Positions 1 through 9,700 of a DNA stretch of 64,000 nt are shown here, in pieces. A model generated the notes under the pieces. It made no database searches, was not told the DNA's origin, and saw nothing but the letters and a program-made list of their open reading frames with translations. How positions within the stretch are numbered: the first letter of the stretch is position 1; the number at the start of each line of letters is the position of its first letter. Origin of the DNA: an uncultured Acidobacteriota bacterium (GTDB taxonomy: Bacteria; Acidobacteriota; Vicinamibacteria; Vicinamibacterales; 2-12-FULL-66-21); NCBI GenBank assembly GCA_963740275.1, contig CAVUDT010000002.1, positions 227,418-291,417 of the forward strand. Direction: 5' to 3'. The translations under genes and the position numbers were made by a program.

Positions 1-905
1 TCGCATCTACGAAGCGTTGAACTCCTCGAAGTACTCGATTCATGACCTGTCGCGGTGCAAAGGGGAAGGGGACGACAACGTTGCCAGGTTCAACATGCCG
101 CTGGAGTTCGGGATAGCTTTCGGCAAGGGATACCCTCACAAGGGTCGGCGCCTCCATCACTGGCTCGTCCTGCTCCCGAAGGAGCATTTCTACCGGAGAT
201 GCGTCTCGGACCTCGGTGCCTATGACCTGTCGACGCACGACAACACCGTCAAATCGATCGTGCAGCCAGTGATGTCCGGCTCGGCACCCGGCAGAATGCG
301 CGCCGCTGCCGGCCCGACGAGGTGCTCGAGGCGATGAAGCGCTTCCAGGCGGAGGTCGAAAAGTACCGGCAGGAATGGGGTGAGTATTATCCGTGGAAGG
401 ATCTGTTGCAGATCGCTCGCGAGTTCGCGCCGCTGCGGACCTCCGCGATGGCTCGCCTCCGATCAGCCGGACCGGGGCGATCGTCGCCGCCATCCTCGCC
501 GATCGTGCCAGAGGGCTCAGCACGATTCCCGACCAGGAAGTGGTGATCATCGCCGCGCATGGCCCGGTTCGCGACGACGAGAACCAGCGCTGGCTCGACG
601 ACATGCAGGTCCTTGCCAGCCATGTCGATGGCGCGACATCGTTCGCCGCGATCGAGTGGCTCACGGTTCGAGATGACGCGCCGCCACCGATTCGGGATGT
701 CGCGGCCGAGGAGCTTCGCGCGCTGGTTCGCAAGCACACGGCGGCAGGCCGCCGCGTGCTCATCGTGCCGCTGCTGCTCTCGTACGGCGGGATCGAGAAG
801 GGGATCCGGCAACGCCTCGACGGCTTGCCCTACGTGATGGCCACACAAGGGCTGATGCCGGACCCGCGGCTGGTCGACTGGGTACGGCAGGTCGTCGCCC
901 AATAG
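1..905 (+). pseudogene. 5'-truncated ORF ending in a CbiX/SirB-like (class II chelatase-type) domain; the coding frame switches twice (near 312 and near 462)
   Basis: C-terminal segment 393-905 reads ...VVIIAAHGPVRDDENQRW...RRVLIVPLLLSYGGIEKG..., which matches a CbiX half-domain pattern. The upstream sensible peptide continues in two other frames (2-337, then 322-~460). Both junctions lie in G/C runs. The N-terminal part has no recognisable family. Confidence 0.4.
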
Positions 906-962
906 TCGCCGCGGTTCGATCGGAGGATCTCAGGACGAGGCTGTTAGTCAGAATCCATCCGG

Positions 963-3341
963 TCAGTCGGGCTTTCCGGGCTGATCGCGACGCGCTACCG
1001 GCGCACGCCACGACACCACGAACTGTCCATCCACGGGACCGGCGGCGAACTCCCGCCAGCCGAAGAGCCGGGCCATGCCCGACAGCAGCGCCAGCCCGCC
1101 GTATTTGCTGCCCGGCAGCGCCCGATCGTCGCGGCGATCGTTCCCGATCGTGAAGTGGACCTCTTTCGTGACCCGGTCGCAGCGGATGGTGACCCGCGGC
1201 ACCGATCCGGCCGCGCCGTGGCGCATCGCGTTGGCGAGGACTTCGGTCAGGAAGAACCCGAGGCCGCCGCGCACCGGCAAAGTGGTTTCGTATTCCTCCG
1301 TCCAGTCCACCGAGCTCTCGAACGGTGGGCCGCCGGCGCTTCCCGACAACGGACCGTTGGTCCACCCGAGACGCGAACGCAGGTCGCTGTCGCCGCGCAC
1401 CTCCCTGAAGATCCGCTCGAGCGAGCTGAGCGTTTCGTGAACCTGCGCCGCGTCGACGACCGAATCGTGCGGGGGTGGGGGCTCGTTCCAGTGATCCAGC
1501 AGCCAGCCGGTCACATGGATCCGGCGCTGGAGATACTCCGCCAGCCACGGGCTGACCGAACCCGGCGACTCGAGCCGTCCGACGCTGCGCCGCAGGACAT
1601 CGGCCAGCGCGTCCAGGCCGTGCGACAGCAGGCCGGCGAGCCGGCGCCGCTCGTCGGTATGCGCCGCCGCTTCGACGTCTTCGAGCAGCAGCCGCAGGTC
1701 CGACCGCGGATCGACGACGAACAGGATCGCCAGCCGGTGCCGCTCGTCGGCCGCCAGCGCCTCGATCGGCGCGGTCACCGCGACCGAGCGGACGATGGCG
1801 AACTGTTCCGAGACGTCACCGGCAGCGGTTTCGACCCGGATCGGGACGCCGTAGGCGCGCCGGGCTTCGCTCGTCGCCACCTGGGTCCGTTCGTAGTGTT
1901 CGCGGGCACGCGGGTCGGTCGAGATGCGGTCGGCGAATCGCGCGCCGCGCCTGATCCCCATCGATTCGGCGACCTGGTTCGCCGAGACGATCTCGTCGGT
2001 GTTCGGGTCGACCACGATCAGCGGTACCTGCATGGTGTTGAGCAGGTTCTGCTTCTCGCCAAGAGCGCGGGCGGCGCGGTCGGCCTCGCGCTCCGCCCGG
2101 CGGCGATTGACTTCGAAGCCGGTCAGCAGCAGCGCGAGCACGACGCCGAGGAGCGCGACCGGACCGGCCGGAAATGACGGGGCCACGCTCGGGAAGAACG
2201 CCAGCAGCCAGGCGCGTTCGGACACGTGGAAAGCCGCGACCGCACCGGCGTCCTGCACCACCGCGTGGCTGATGGGGGAGAGGGCGCCGCTCGCCGTCCC
2301 TTCCCCGTTCACCACACCGTCCAGGGCCGCGCGCAGGGTAGCGGGAGCTCCGTCAGACAGGGCGCCGCGCAAGGTGGTCCAGGTCGCCGGCCCATCTTCG
2401 CCGACATGGACGATGGTTGCGGCCAGCGGAGCCGCGATCGTGGATGCGAACCGGTCCCAGTCGACGTCATGCGAGAGATCGAGCGCGAGCACGCCCGCCT
2501 GTCCGCCGCCGTCCATCGGCATCGTCAACGTGGAGACGAGCCCGCGACCGCCGAGGTCGACATAGAACCCGGAGTAACGAATGGAGTCCTGCTCGCCGTC
2601 GGGGAAGCGGAAGAAGAACTCCTCGGGGGCGAATGACGGCAGCGTCGGCCGCGACGACAGCTGCAGCGCCTCGCTCCGGGCGGCGCCGTCGGCGGTGTCG
2701 GTGGCGGCCGGCCAGGGAAGCGAGACCAGCGTGCCATCCTCGGCCAGCGCGTAGAGCCGGACCGGACGCGCGATCCGCCGCAGTGCGCCGTCCAGCCGCG
2801 GCCGGGCCGCGGCCATCGGCGCCAGCAGCCGGGCGACGAAGCGGTTCGAGCCGGCGTCCTGCTCGAGCCCGCGGCGGCGGGTCACCACGAACGTCCCGCC
2901 CGGCGCGGTCAGCAGCGCGAGCGACCGCCGCGAGGGACCGGCCTGCGCCAGCGATGTCTGCGCCGGCATCGGGACTTCGTGCGACGGGGCGGCGACGACG
3001 GTGCGCATCGCGTCCGCCGCGGGCACGAGCTCGTGCGGAATCCGATCGGTCTCGTCGGCGAGCCGCTCGAATGTCAGCGCGTCGGAGGGCGGCAGATGGC
3101 GGCGATAGGCGGACATCTGCTCGCGCAGCCAGGCGATCGCGCCGGGGGCCTCGATCGGCCGCGATGGCATCCGCTGCTGGACCAGCGCGAACACCGCCGC
3201 CGTCCGCGCCTGGCCGGCGCGCTCCTGCCAGGCCGTCCAGACGCTGCGCGCGGTCAGCCCCGCCAGCAGCACGAACAGGGCGAGTCCCGCGTAGAGCAGG
3301 CCGACGCGGCGGGCGCGCGCGGGGGGTAGAGTAGTGCGCAT
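963..3341 (-). CDS. sensor histidine kinase (two TM helices bracketing a ~330-aa periplasmic sensor; cytoplasmic PAS-like region; H-box; HATPase_c)
   Basis: N-terminal TM VGLLYAGLALFVLLAGL, second TM VALLGVVLALLLTGF, H-box-like ERRRLAGLLSHGLDA. C-terminal ATPase motifs GFFLTEVLANAMRHG, TIGNDRRD, KYGGLALLSGMARLFGW. Confidence 0.8.
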   Translation of the reverse strand: MRTTLPPARARRVGLLYAGLALFVLLAGLTARSVWTAWQERAGQARTAAVFALVQQRMPSRPIEAPGAIAWLREQMSAYRRHLPPSDALTFERLADETDRIPHELVPAADAMRTVVAAPSHEVPMPAQTSLAQAGPSRRSLALLTAPGGTFVVTRRRGLEQDAGSNRFVARLLAPMAAARPRLDGALRRIARPVRLYALAEDGTLVSLPWPAATDTADGAARSEALQLSSRPTLPSFAPEEFFFRFPDGEQDSIRYSGFYVDLGGRGLVSTLTMPMDGGGQAGVLALDLSHDVDWDRFASTIAAPLAATIVHVGEDGPATWTTLRGALSDGAPATLRAALDGVVNGEGTASGALSPISHAVVQDAGAVAAFHVSERAWLLAFFPSVAPSFPAGPVALLGVVLALLLTGFEVNRRRAEREADRAARALGEKQNLLNTMQVPLIVVDPNTDEIVSANQVAESMGIRRGARFADRISTDPRAREHYERTQVATSEARRAYGVPIRVETAAGDVSEQFAIVRSVAVTAPIEALAADERHRLAILFVVDPRSDLRLLLEDVEAAAHTDERRRLAGLLSHGLDALADVLRRSVGRLESPGSVSPWLAEYLQRRIHVTGWLLDHWNEPPPPHDSVVDAAQVHETLSSLERIFREVRGDSDLRSRLGWTNGPLSGSAGGPPFESSVDWTEEYETTLPVRGGLGFFLTEVLANAMRHGAAGSVPRVTIRCDRVTKEVHFTIGNDRRDDRALPGSKYGGLALLSGMARLFGWREFAAGPVDGQFVVSWRAPVARRDQPGKPD

Positions 3342-4419
3342 GTCGTCGCCACCACCAGGCTTCGAACGGCGCCACGTGGTCTCGGTGGAGGATCACTTGT
3401 ACCACACCGCCGAGCTGCTCGAGACCATCGCCCGCACCGCGCCGGCGATGCTGTGGTCGACGACCGTTTGCGCGATCGACGATCCCGGCGCCGACACCAC
3501 GGCCGCCGTTGCCGGCTGGCTCCAGCGGTTCGAGGGGGTCCAGATCGCGGCGCGCGTCGATCCGCGCGACCTCCCGCCCGAGCACGCGGCGCGGCTGCTC
3601 GCCATCGATGCCGCGCAGCTCGCCGAGGTCTCGGCGTTCGCGAGAATGGTGGCCTCGCTGCTGCTCCCGGGCGGTGTGCTGCTGCAGGACGTGCACCTTT
3701 CCACTCTCCGCTGCATTCCCGCCGACCGCTGGTGGGAATCGATCTACGTGGCCGCGACGGTGCGCGGGATGTTCGCGCGGCGGCAGCCGGCCGTCCGCTT
3801 CGTGTCGAACAAGCGGGGCTACACGGCGACCTTCGGGCGCGACCTGCTCGACGCCGGCTTCGACCCGCGCGAGGTGATGGACAAGGGGGAGCTCGAGCAG
3901 GTGATCGTGCCGTCGATCGCCCGGGACGTCGACGAGCGATTCCCGCTCGAGCTCACCACTGCCGGCCGCGCCATGCCGATGCCGGTTGCCGCCGACGAGG
4001 AATCGAGGCGCGAGATCGAGGACCGGCTCGATCTCGTCGAGTGGGAAGTCAGCGGCCGGGTCGAGCTGGGCGGGCGCCTGCTCGACGCCCCGGTGACGTT
4101 CCGCACCGGCTCGAACGAGGGGCTCACCTGGCAGCAGCTGATCGCCGATCGTATCGGCGGCGGGCCGGGGGTTTCGGTGGCCGAGGTCGGCCAGCGCCTT
4201 GCCGAGGCCGGGGCCGAGCGCGCCGAGATCTCCAACCTGGCGGCGCGGCACGTCCATGCCCTGCGCGCCCGGCTCTCCAATCCCGGGGCGATCGTCACCG
4301 CCAACCGTGCCTACCGGCTGGTCGATGACGTCCTGGTCGGACAGGTCCGCCGGCGCCCCTCCGTGCTCCTCCGCCAGCCTCCGGTTTCCCCGGCGCGCGA
4401 ATCGGATCGACCGGCATAG
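3334..4419 (+). CDS. putative transcription regulator: C-terminal OmpR/PhoB-type winged helix (Trans_reg_C-like) with a non-canonical N-terminal receiver-like domain
   Basis: C-terminus ...LTWQQLIADRIG...ARHVHALRARLSNPGAIVTANRAYRLV matches the Trans_reg_C ending pattern (xVHIxxLRxKL...IxTVRGxGYRL). N-terminus VVSVEDHLYH lacks the canonical DD/D/T/K receiver residues. It is divergent from the HK with overlapping start codons (CATG at 3339-3342). Confidence 0.5.
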   Translation: MRMSSPPPGFERRHVVSVEDHLYHTAELLETIARTAPAMLWSTTVCAIDDPGADTTAAVAGWLQRFEGVQIAARVDPRDLPPEHAARLLAIDAAQLAEVSAFARMVASLLLPGGVLLQDVHLSTLRCIPADRWWESIYVAATVRGMFARRQPAVRFVSNKRGYTATFGRDLLDAGFDPREVMDKGELEQVIVPSIARDVDERFPLELTTAGRAMPMPVAADEESRREIEDRLDLVEWEVSGRVELGGRLLDAPVTFRTGSNEGLTWQQLIADRIGGGPGVSVAEVGQRLAEAGAERAEISNLAARHVHALRARLSNPGAIVTANRAYRLVDDVLVGQVRRRPSVLLRQPPVSPARESDRPA

Positions 4420-4453
4420 CCAGGCGCCGCTCCCGGTCGCTACGCTGCCGGGC

Positions 4454-5935
4454 ATGTCGCTCTTCAGGACGAAGTCCATCGAGTCGCTCGCCGGCGGGGA
4501 ACACGGGGGTGGGCTGAAGCGGGTGCTGGGGCCGGCCAACCTGGTCTCGCTCGGCATCGGCGCGATCATCGGCACCGGCATCTTCGTGCTCACCGGCCAG
4601 GCAGCGGCCGCGCACGCGGGGCCGGCGATCGTCATCTCGATGATCCTCGCCGCCGTGGTCAGCGCGCTCGCCGGGCTGTGCTACGCCGAGTTCGCGTCCA
4701 CGGTTCCGATCGCCGGTTCCGCCTACACCTACTCGTATGCGACGCTCGGCGAGTTCGTCGCGTGGGTGATCGGGTGGGACCTCGTGCTCGAGTACGCGCT
4801 GGGCGCGGCAACGGTGGCGGTCGGGTGGTCCGGCTACTTCGTCAAGGCGCTCGCCGATGTCGGCATCTCGTTCCCCGCCGTCGTGAGCGCCGCCCCCGGC
4901 ACCGTCCTCGTCGGAGCGGATGGGAGCACGGTGACCGCGATCTTCAACCTGCCGGCGGTGCTGATCGCGGTCCTGGTGACCGCGCTGCTCGTCCGCGGTG
5001 TCCAGGAATCCGCCCGGGTCAACGGCGTGATGGTCGTGGTCAAGGTCGTCGTCGTCCTGCTGGTGATCGCCGCCGGCGTCTCGTTCGTGGACGCCGAGCG
5101 CTTCACGCCGCTGGTTCCGCCGAACACCGGCACGTTCGGGGAGTTCGGCTGGTCCGGGGTGATGCGCGGCGCGGCGGTGATCTTCTTCGCCTACATCGGC
5201 TTCGACGCCGTTTCGACCGCGGCCCAGGAAGCCCGGAACCCGCGCCGCGACATGCCGATCGGCATCCTGGGCTCGCTGGTGATCTGCACCGTTCTCTACA
5301 TCGCCGTGGCGGTGGTGATGATCGGCCTGGTGCCTTACGCCGAGCTCGGCGGGCCCGCACCGATCGCGGTCACCATCGACTACGCACGCGAAGCGGCCCG
5401 GGGAACGCCGCTCGAGGGACTGCTCCGGATGATGCCGCTGATCGTCAAGATCGGCATCCTCGCCGGGCTGACCTCGACGATGGTGGTGCAGATGATGGCG
5501 CAGCCGAGGATCTTCATGGCGATGTCGAAGGACGGCCTGCTGCCTCCCTGGATGGGACGGGTTCACCCGCGCTTCGGCACGCCGCATCTCACGACGATCG
5601 CGACCGGCGCGGTCGTCGCGATGGCGGCGGGGCTCACGCCGATCGATGTGCTCGGCCACATGGTGAGCATCGGCACGCTGTTCGCGTTCGTGGTGGTGTC
5701 GGGCGGCGTGCTGGTGCTGCGGCGAACTCACCCCGATCTCCCCCGGCCGTTCAGGGTTCCGTGGTCGCCGATCGTGCCGGCCCTGTCGGCGCTGGTGTCG
5801 CTGCTGCTGATGCTGAGCCTTCCGGGCGAGACCTGGACCAGGCTGGTGGTCTGGATGGGCATCGGCATCGCGATCTACTTCGCCTACGGCTACCGCCGCA
5901 GCCACGTGGGACGCGCCGAGTCAGAGGTGCCATAA
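4454..5935 (+). CDS. APC-superfamily amino acid permease (cationic amino-acid transporter-like), ~12 TM
   Basis: N-terminus MSLFRTKSIESLAGGEHGGGLKRVLGPANLVSLGIGAIIGTGIFVLTG is the typical APC signature region (GxGIF). The rest is hydrophobic. The longer ORF from 4199 is a low-complexity overextension. Confidence 0.85.
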   Translation: MSLFRTKSIESLAGGEHGGGLKRVLGPANLVSLGIGAIIGTGIFVLTGQAAAAHAGPAIVISMILAAVVSALAGLCYAEFASTVPIAGSAYTYSYATLGEFVAWVIGWDLVLEYALGAATVAVGWSGYFVKALADVGISFPAVVSAAPGTVLVGADGSTVTAIFNLPAVLIAVLVTALLVRGVQESARVNGVMVVVKVVVVLLVIAAGVSFVDAERFTPLVPPNTGTFGEFGWSGVMRGAAVIFFAYIGFDAVSTAAQEARNPRRDMPIGILGSLVICTVLYIAVAVVMIGLVPYAELGGPAPIAVTIDYAREAARGTPLEGLLRMMPLIVKIGILAGLTSTMVVQMMAQPRIFMAMSKDGLLPPWMGRVHPRFGTPHLTTIATGAVVAMAAGLTPIDVLGHMVSIGTLFAFVVVSGGVLVLRRTHPDLPRPFRVPWSPIVPALSALVSLLLMLSLPGETWTRLVVWMGIGIAIYFAYGYRRSHVGRAESEVP

Positions 5936-6723
5936 CCCGGCGCCGTCCTCGGCGAGTGGAGGATGCACATGCGTGGAGTGAATCGCGGTGCCGGGCTGGC
6001 TGCGATCGTAGCGCACGAATCTTTAGGTTCGTTTGCACGGCGTCTCTCCGCGCCGGCGACCTGCGGCCTGAATCTGATCACCCATTCGCTTCGGTCTGCG
6101 TGAGGTCCGTCCTCGGCGCGTCCGTTCCTCCGCATGAGACTTTTCTCTGGATTCAGAGTTGGCCGCGGGGAAGCGGATGCCACCTGGATGATCGAGCGCT
6201 AGACCGTCTTTCAGTTGCATCTGGTTGGCCGACGTGCGGCGGGTCCATGCCGCGCCTCCGCCGGTGGGATCGCCTCCGGACCGTTTTTCGAGCTGTCGCC
6301 GCGCGCTGTCCGCATTGCGCCGCGGTCCCGCCATGGACTCGCCGCAGACCGCCGGGGGTCGGGAGCGCGGCGGCGGAGGCACGTCAGGTCCCCGGCGCGA
6401 TGCGTCCAGCCCGCTGCTGCCCCGGGGTCTGTGACGGGGGCAGTCCCGAAAAATGCGCCGCAGGCGTCCCCATCCGGCGCGGGTGATTCGCCGCCGACGC
6501 GGCGGATCCCCCGAGCGCTGACCCTGATCATCGCCCAGCGTCGGGCCAGCCCCAGCCGCGACGGCAGCGTCAGGCACGCGCCGGAGGAGCATTTTTCCGG
6601 GCGTAGGACGAGGCGACGGGGAGCTGATGTGGCTCCGCCGCAGCGCGGTGCGCGGCACCCACGCGTCGGCAACTGCGGCGAGTCGACGGCGCGCATTGGG
6701 CGATCGGGTCGCTACAACGTTAG

Positions 6724-9700
6724 TTATGAAAAACGCTTTTTTAGCGGAGGCGGTCTCAACCGCCAGCCGGCCTGGCCGCTGGTGAGCTCTTTCAGGAAAT
6801 CCAGCGCCGCGCGCGCCGGCTTCGCGGCGGCCGGCGAGACGCGGGCGAAGTAAGGCGCAAGCACGAACTGCAGGTTGTCGTGGACCGAGCGCCACTGCGA
6901 GCCGCCCTGGGATCGCTTGAACACATCCTGAAACGCCCGTTCGATCGTTGGCAAGTCGCGGGCGAGATTCCCCTCTGCCAGTGCTTCGTAGAGTCCGAGC
7001 TCCGGCTCGGCGACCAGGCTCCAGAAGTCGGGATCGGTCCGGTTCTGTTCACGGGCGCTGCTGCGCGCTTCGGTGAGTAGCGCCGGATCGAGTCCTTTCC
7101 AGTTCCGGGTGCCCGCGTTGAGGGTGAGCTCGGCGGCGATCAGGTTCATCGCCGGGTAGAAGAGCGCCTTGTCGCCGCGGTCCCGGGCGATCTTCAGCGC
7201 TCGCCGGTAGTGGCGGGCCATCGCCGCAATTGCCTGCCGCGCCGCTGCCAGTCGGCCGTCGTCAGCTTCGAGCATCGCCAGCCGTTTCATCGCGGCGCCG
7301 CGAAGACTTTCCCGTTCGGGCGTTTCCTGGAACTCCGACAGCCGGGCGAGAACCTTCATCTGCTCCTTGATGATCGTCCGGGCAGACTGGGTTGCGGCGC
7401 GCACCCGCTCCACCGCCTCGCGGCGTTGCCGTGTCGCCCGCCGTCGTGCCGGCGCGCCGCGCTTCGCACCGCGACCGGCTTTGCCGGCCGCCGCCTGTTC
7501 GGCCTCCGCTCGCGCCACCCGGGCCGCCTGCACCGCCTGCCGGACCCGCAGATTGCTGGCCTGCTCCAGCATCCGGAACGAGACTTCACCTTCAGCGGCA
7601 CTCGTGGCGCTGTCGTACCACCGGACCGCGGCGTTCAGGTCGTCCGCCGCGGCGTACGCCCTGGCGAACAGCTCGGCCACCGGACCGGTTACCGGCCATC
7701 CCATCTTTTCCCAGCGTTGCTCGAGGTGGCCGAGACGACCGAGCTGGTAGGCCGGGTCGTACCCCTGGAAGGTGGACTGAACGATCAACGTCTCGAGCGC
7801 CTGCCGCAGCGACTCCTGCGATCCCACATCATCGAACTCTCCCTCGGGACCGGTCGACGACGTCCTGGCCCAGCCCGACTCCCGACGGAGCGTCCAGTCG
7901 GGATCCCCGTAGCACTGGTAGGCCGCCCAGGTATTGCCGCCGAAGCCTTCGAGCGCCTTCGTCCGCGCCTCGGACACGGCATCGATGAAGCGCCGGCCTC
8001 TGAGCAGCGCGTCGTAGAACGTGGTCGCGAAAGCGCTCGCCGCCTGGTCGTCCACCGCCCATCCGGCCGCGACGACGCACCGGACGCCGATGTCGATCAG
8101 CGCCTGGGCGACGCTCGACGCGAACGCCGAGCGATCGTAGGCCCTGGGTTGCGGCGGGCCCTCGCGCAGCACCGAACCGCTCAACGGGGCGGCGAGGTGA
8201 CAGCAGTTGACGAAGACGAGCTCGGGAACGACCCGCATCGCCTTGATTTCGGCGGCGCCGAGAAACGTGTCGTTCGAGAGGACCACGCCGCCGCGGTTCT
8301 CCTTGACGTCGATCGGTTCGCCGTGGCCGGCGACGTGGACCACGCGCCAGCTGCGTTCGAACAGCGCGTCCACGACCTGGCGCGCCTCCGGGCCGCTCTG
8401 CAGCTGGCCGCCGGCAAACAGGTCCTTGATCGAGTCGCGGCTGATGCCGCGCTCGGCCAGCAGGCCGCAGACGTCGGTCGCTTCGCGCAGCGCACCCGGC
8501 AGCGGCGGATATCCCGGCGGACAGGCCGGTTCGCCGATGACCAGGAATGAGCCGTCGGTGTCGGCGTCGCTGACCTGTGCCCGGAACGTTTCCGTCCGGA
8601 ACTTCCGCAGCAGCTTGGAGCGGATCGCCCACGGCGCCCGTAGCGACTGCGTGGTGGCGGTATCGTCGAGCAGCTCCCACGGGATGCCGGCGGTGCCTTC
8701 GTCGACCTCGATCTGCGTCTCCCCCGAGCCGGCGAGGAACGCTTCCAGCTCGATCGGGACCAGCAGGTTGTAAAGGCTGCGGCCGATCTGCGGATCGTCG
8801 TTCAGCTCGCTCGATGCGGTGGCGACCAGGTCGCGCAGCAGCCGGGCCTGGGTCGCCTGCGCGCGGACCTCGGTGCGCGCCCGCCGGGTGTCGAGCGCGT
8901 AGGCGATGAAGCTCTGGCCGTTGACGTCCTGCCGGGTCTCGGCGGTGATGAAGTCGTACTCGGCGCCGCGATAGCCGGATTGCGCCGGTCGCCGCAGCGC
9001 GCCGACCCCCTCCATGATCGGTTCGGCCACGCGGTAGCGCCTCGGGTTCGCCTGGGCCTGCATCTTCAGCGCTTCCCACGCCTCGGTGGCCCGGTTCAGA
9101 TACAGCTCGACGAAACGAAGCTCGCGCACTTCGGGCAGCCGCTGTCCGTTAGCGGACGATCGCCGAATCAGGTCGTTGGCCTCGTGCACGCCCTGGGCGA
9201 TCAGCTGTGCCGCCTGTCCCGGGGTCATGCCGGCGCCGCCGCTGCCGAGCAGCGTCGCGGCGATCGACAGCGTGGCCTGACGGCCGCCGCGCTCCCTGAC
9301 CCGTTCCGACCAGGCGATCGCCGCCTGGCGGACCGAGTGGATGGTGTGCGCCGACTGCAGCTTGCCTTCCTGCCCGAGGCCGGCGACGATCACCGCCTCC
9401 GGCCGCGGCGTCTGCCAGAACTTCCCCTTCTGGACCTTGCGATTGATGAAGATGCGGTGGCTGCCGGGCTCGACCGGGTAGACCCCCAGCGCGAGCGCGC
9501 TCGACATCGCGCGATCGAGCAGGCCATCGATGACCCGTTCCGTGCCGGTGAGCCGGGTCGAGCGATAGTGCCCGACCATCAGCGCGCGGTCCTCGAACGT
9601 CAGGTCGCCGTTGATCACCGCGATCTCGAGAGCGGGCGCGAGGTCGGCCGCTACCGTGGGCGCCGCGTGCGCGATCGCCCGCGCGCGCCGGACGGACTGG

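Noticed and set aside
2467-4635. 722-aa minus-strand ORF and many other long ORFs in alternative frames (e.g. 1155-2177, 2417-3334, 4295-5905, 4678-6486, 7210-8550, 7829-9079, 8980-9927, 18270-19601, 20919-22088, 22067-23131, 23593-24672, 25395-26210, 27667-29007, 28652-30511, 44022-46526, 47261-48661, 48942-50387, 58397-59626, 60497-62257)
   Set aside because: Arg/Pro/Ala/Gly-rich low-complexity translations. They are typical of antisense or off-frame read-through in 70%-GC DNA, and they overlap genes with clear family signatures on the other strand or frame.
6023-6895. ORFs within the 788-bp gap (6023-6895, 6211-6696, 6215-6853)
   Set aside because: No domain-like sequence. Extreme Arg/Pro/Gly bias. 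They overlap each other in all frames. Treated as non-coding.
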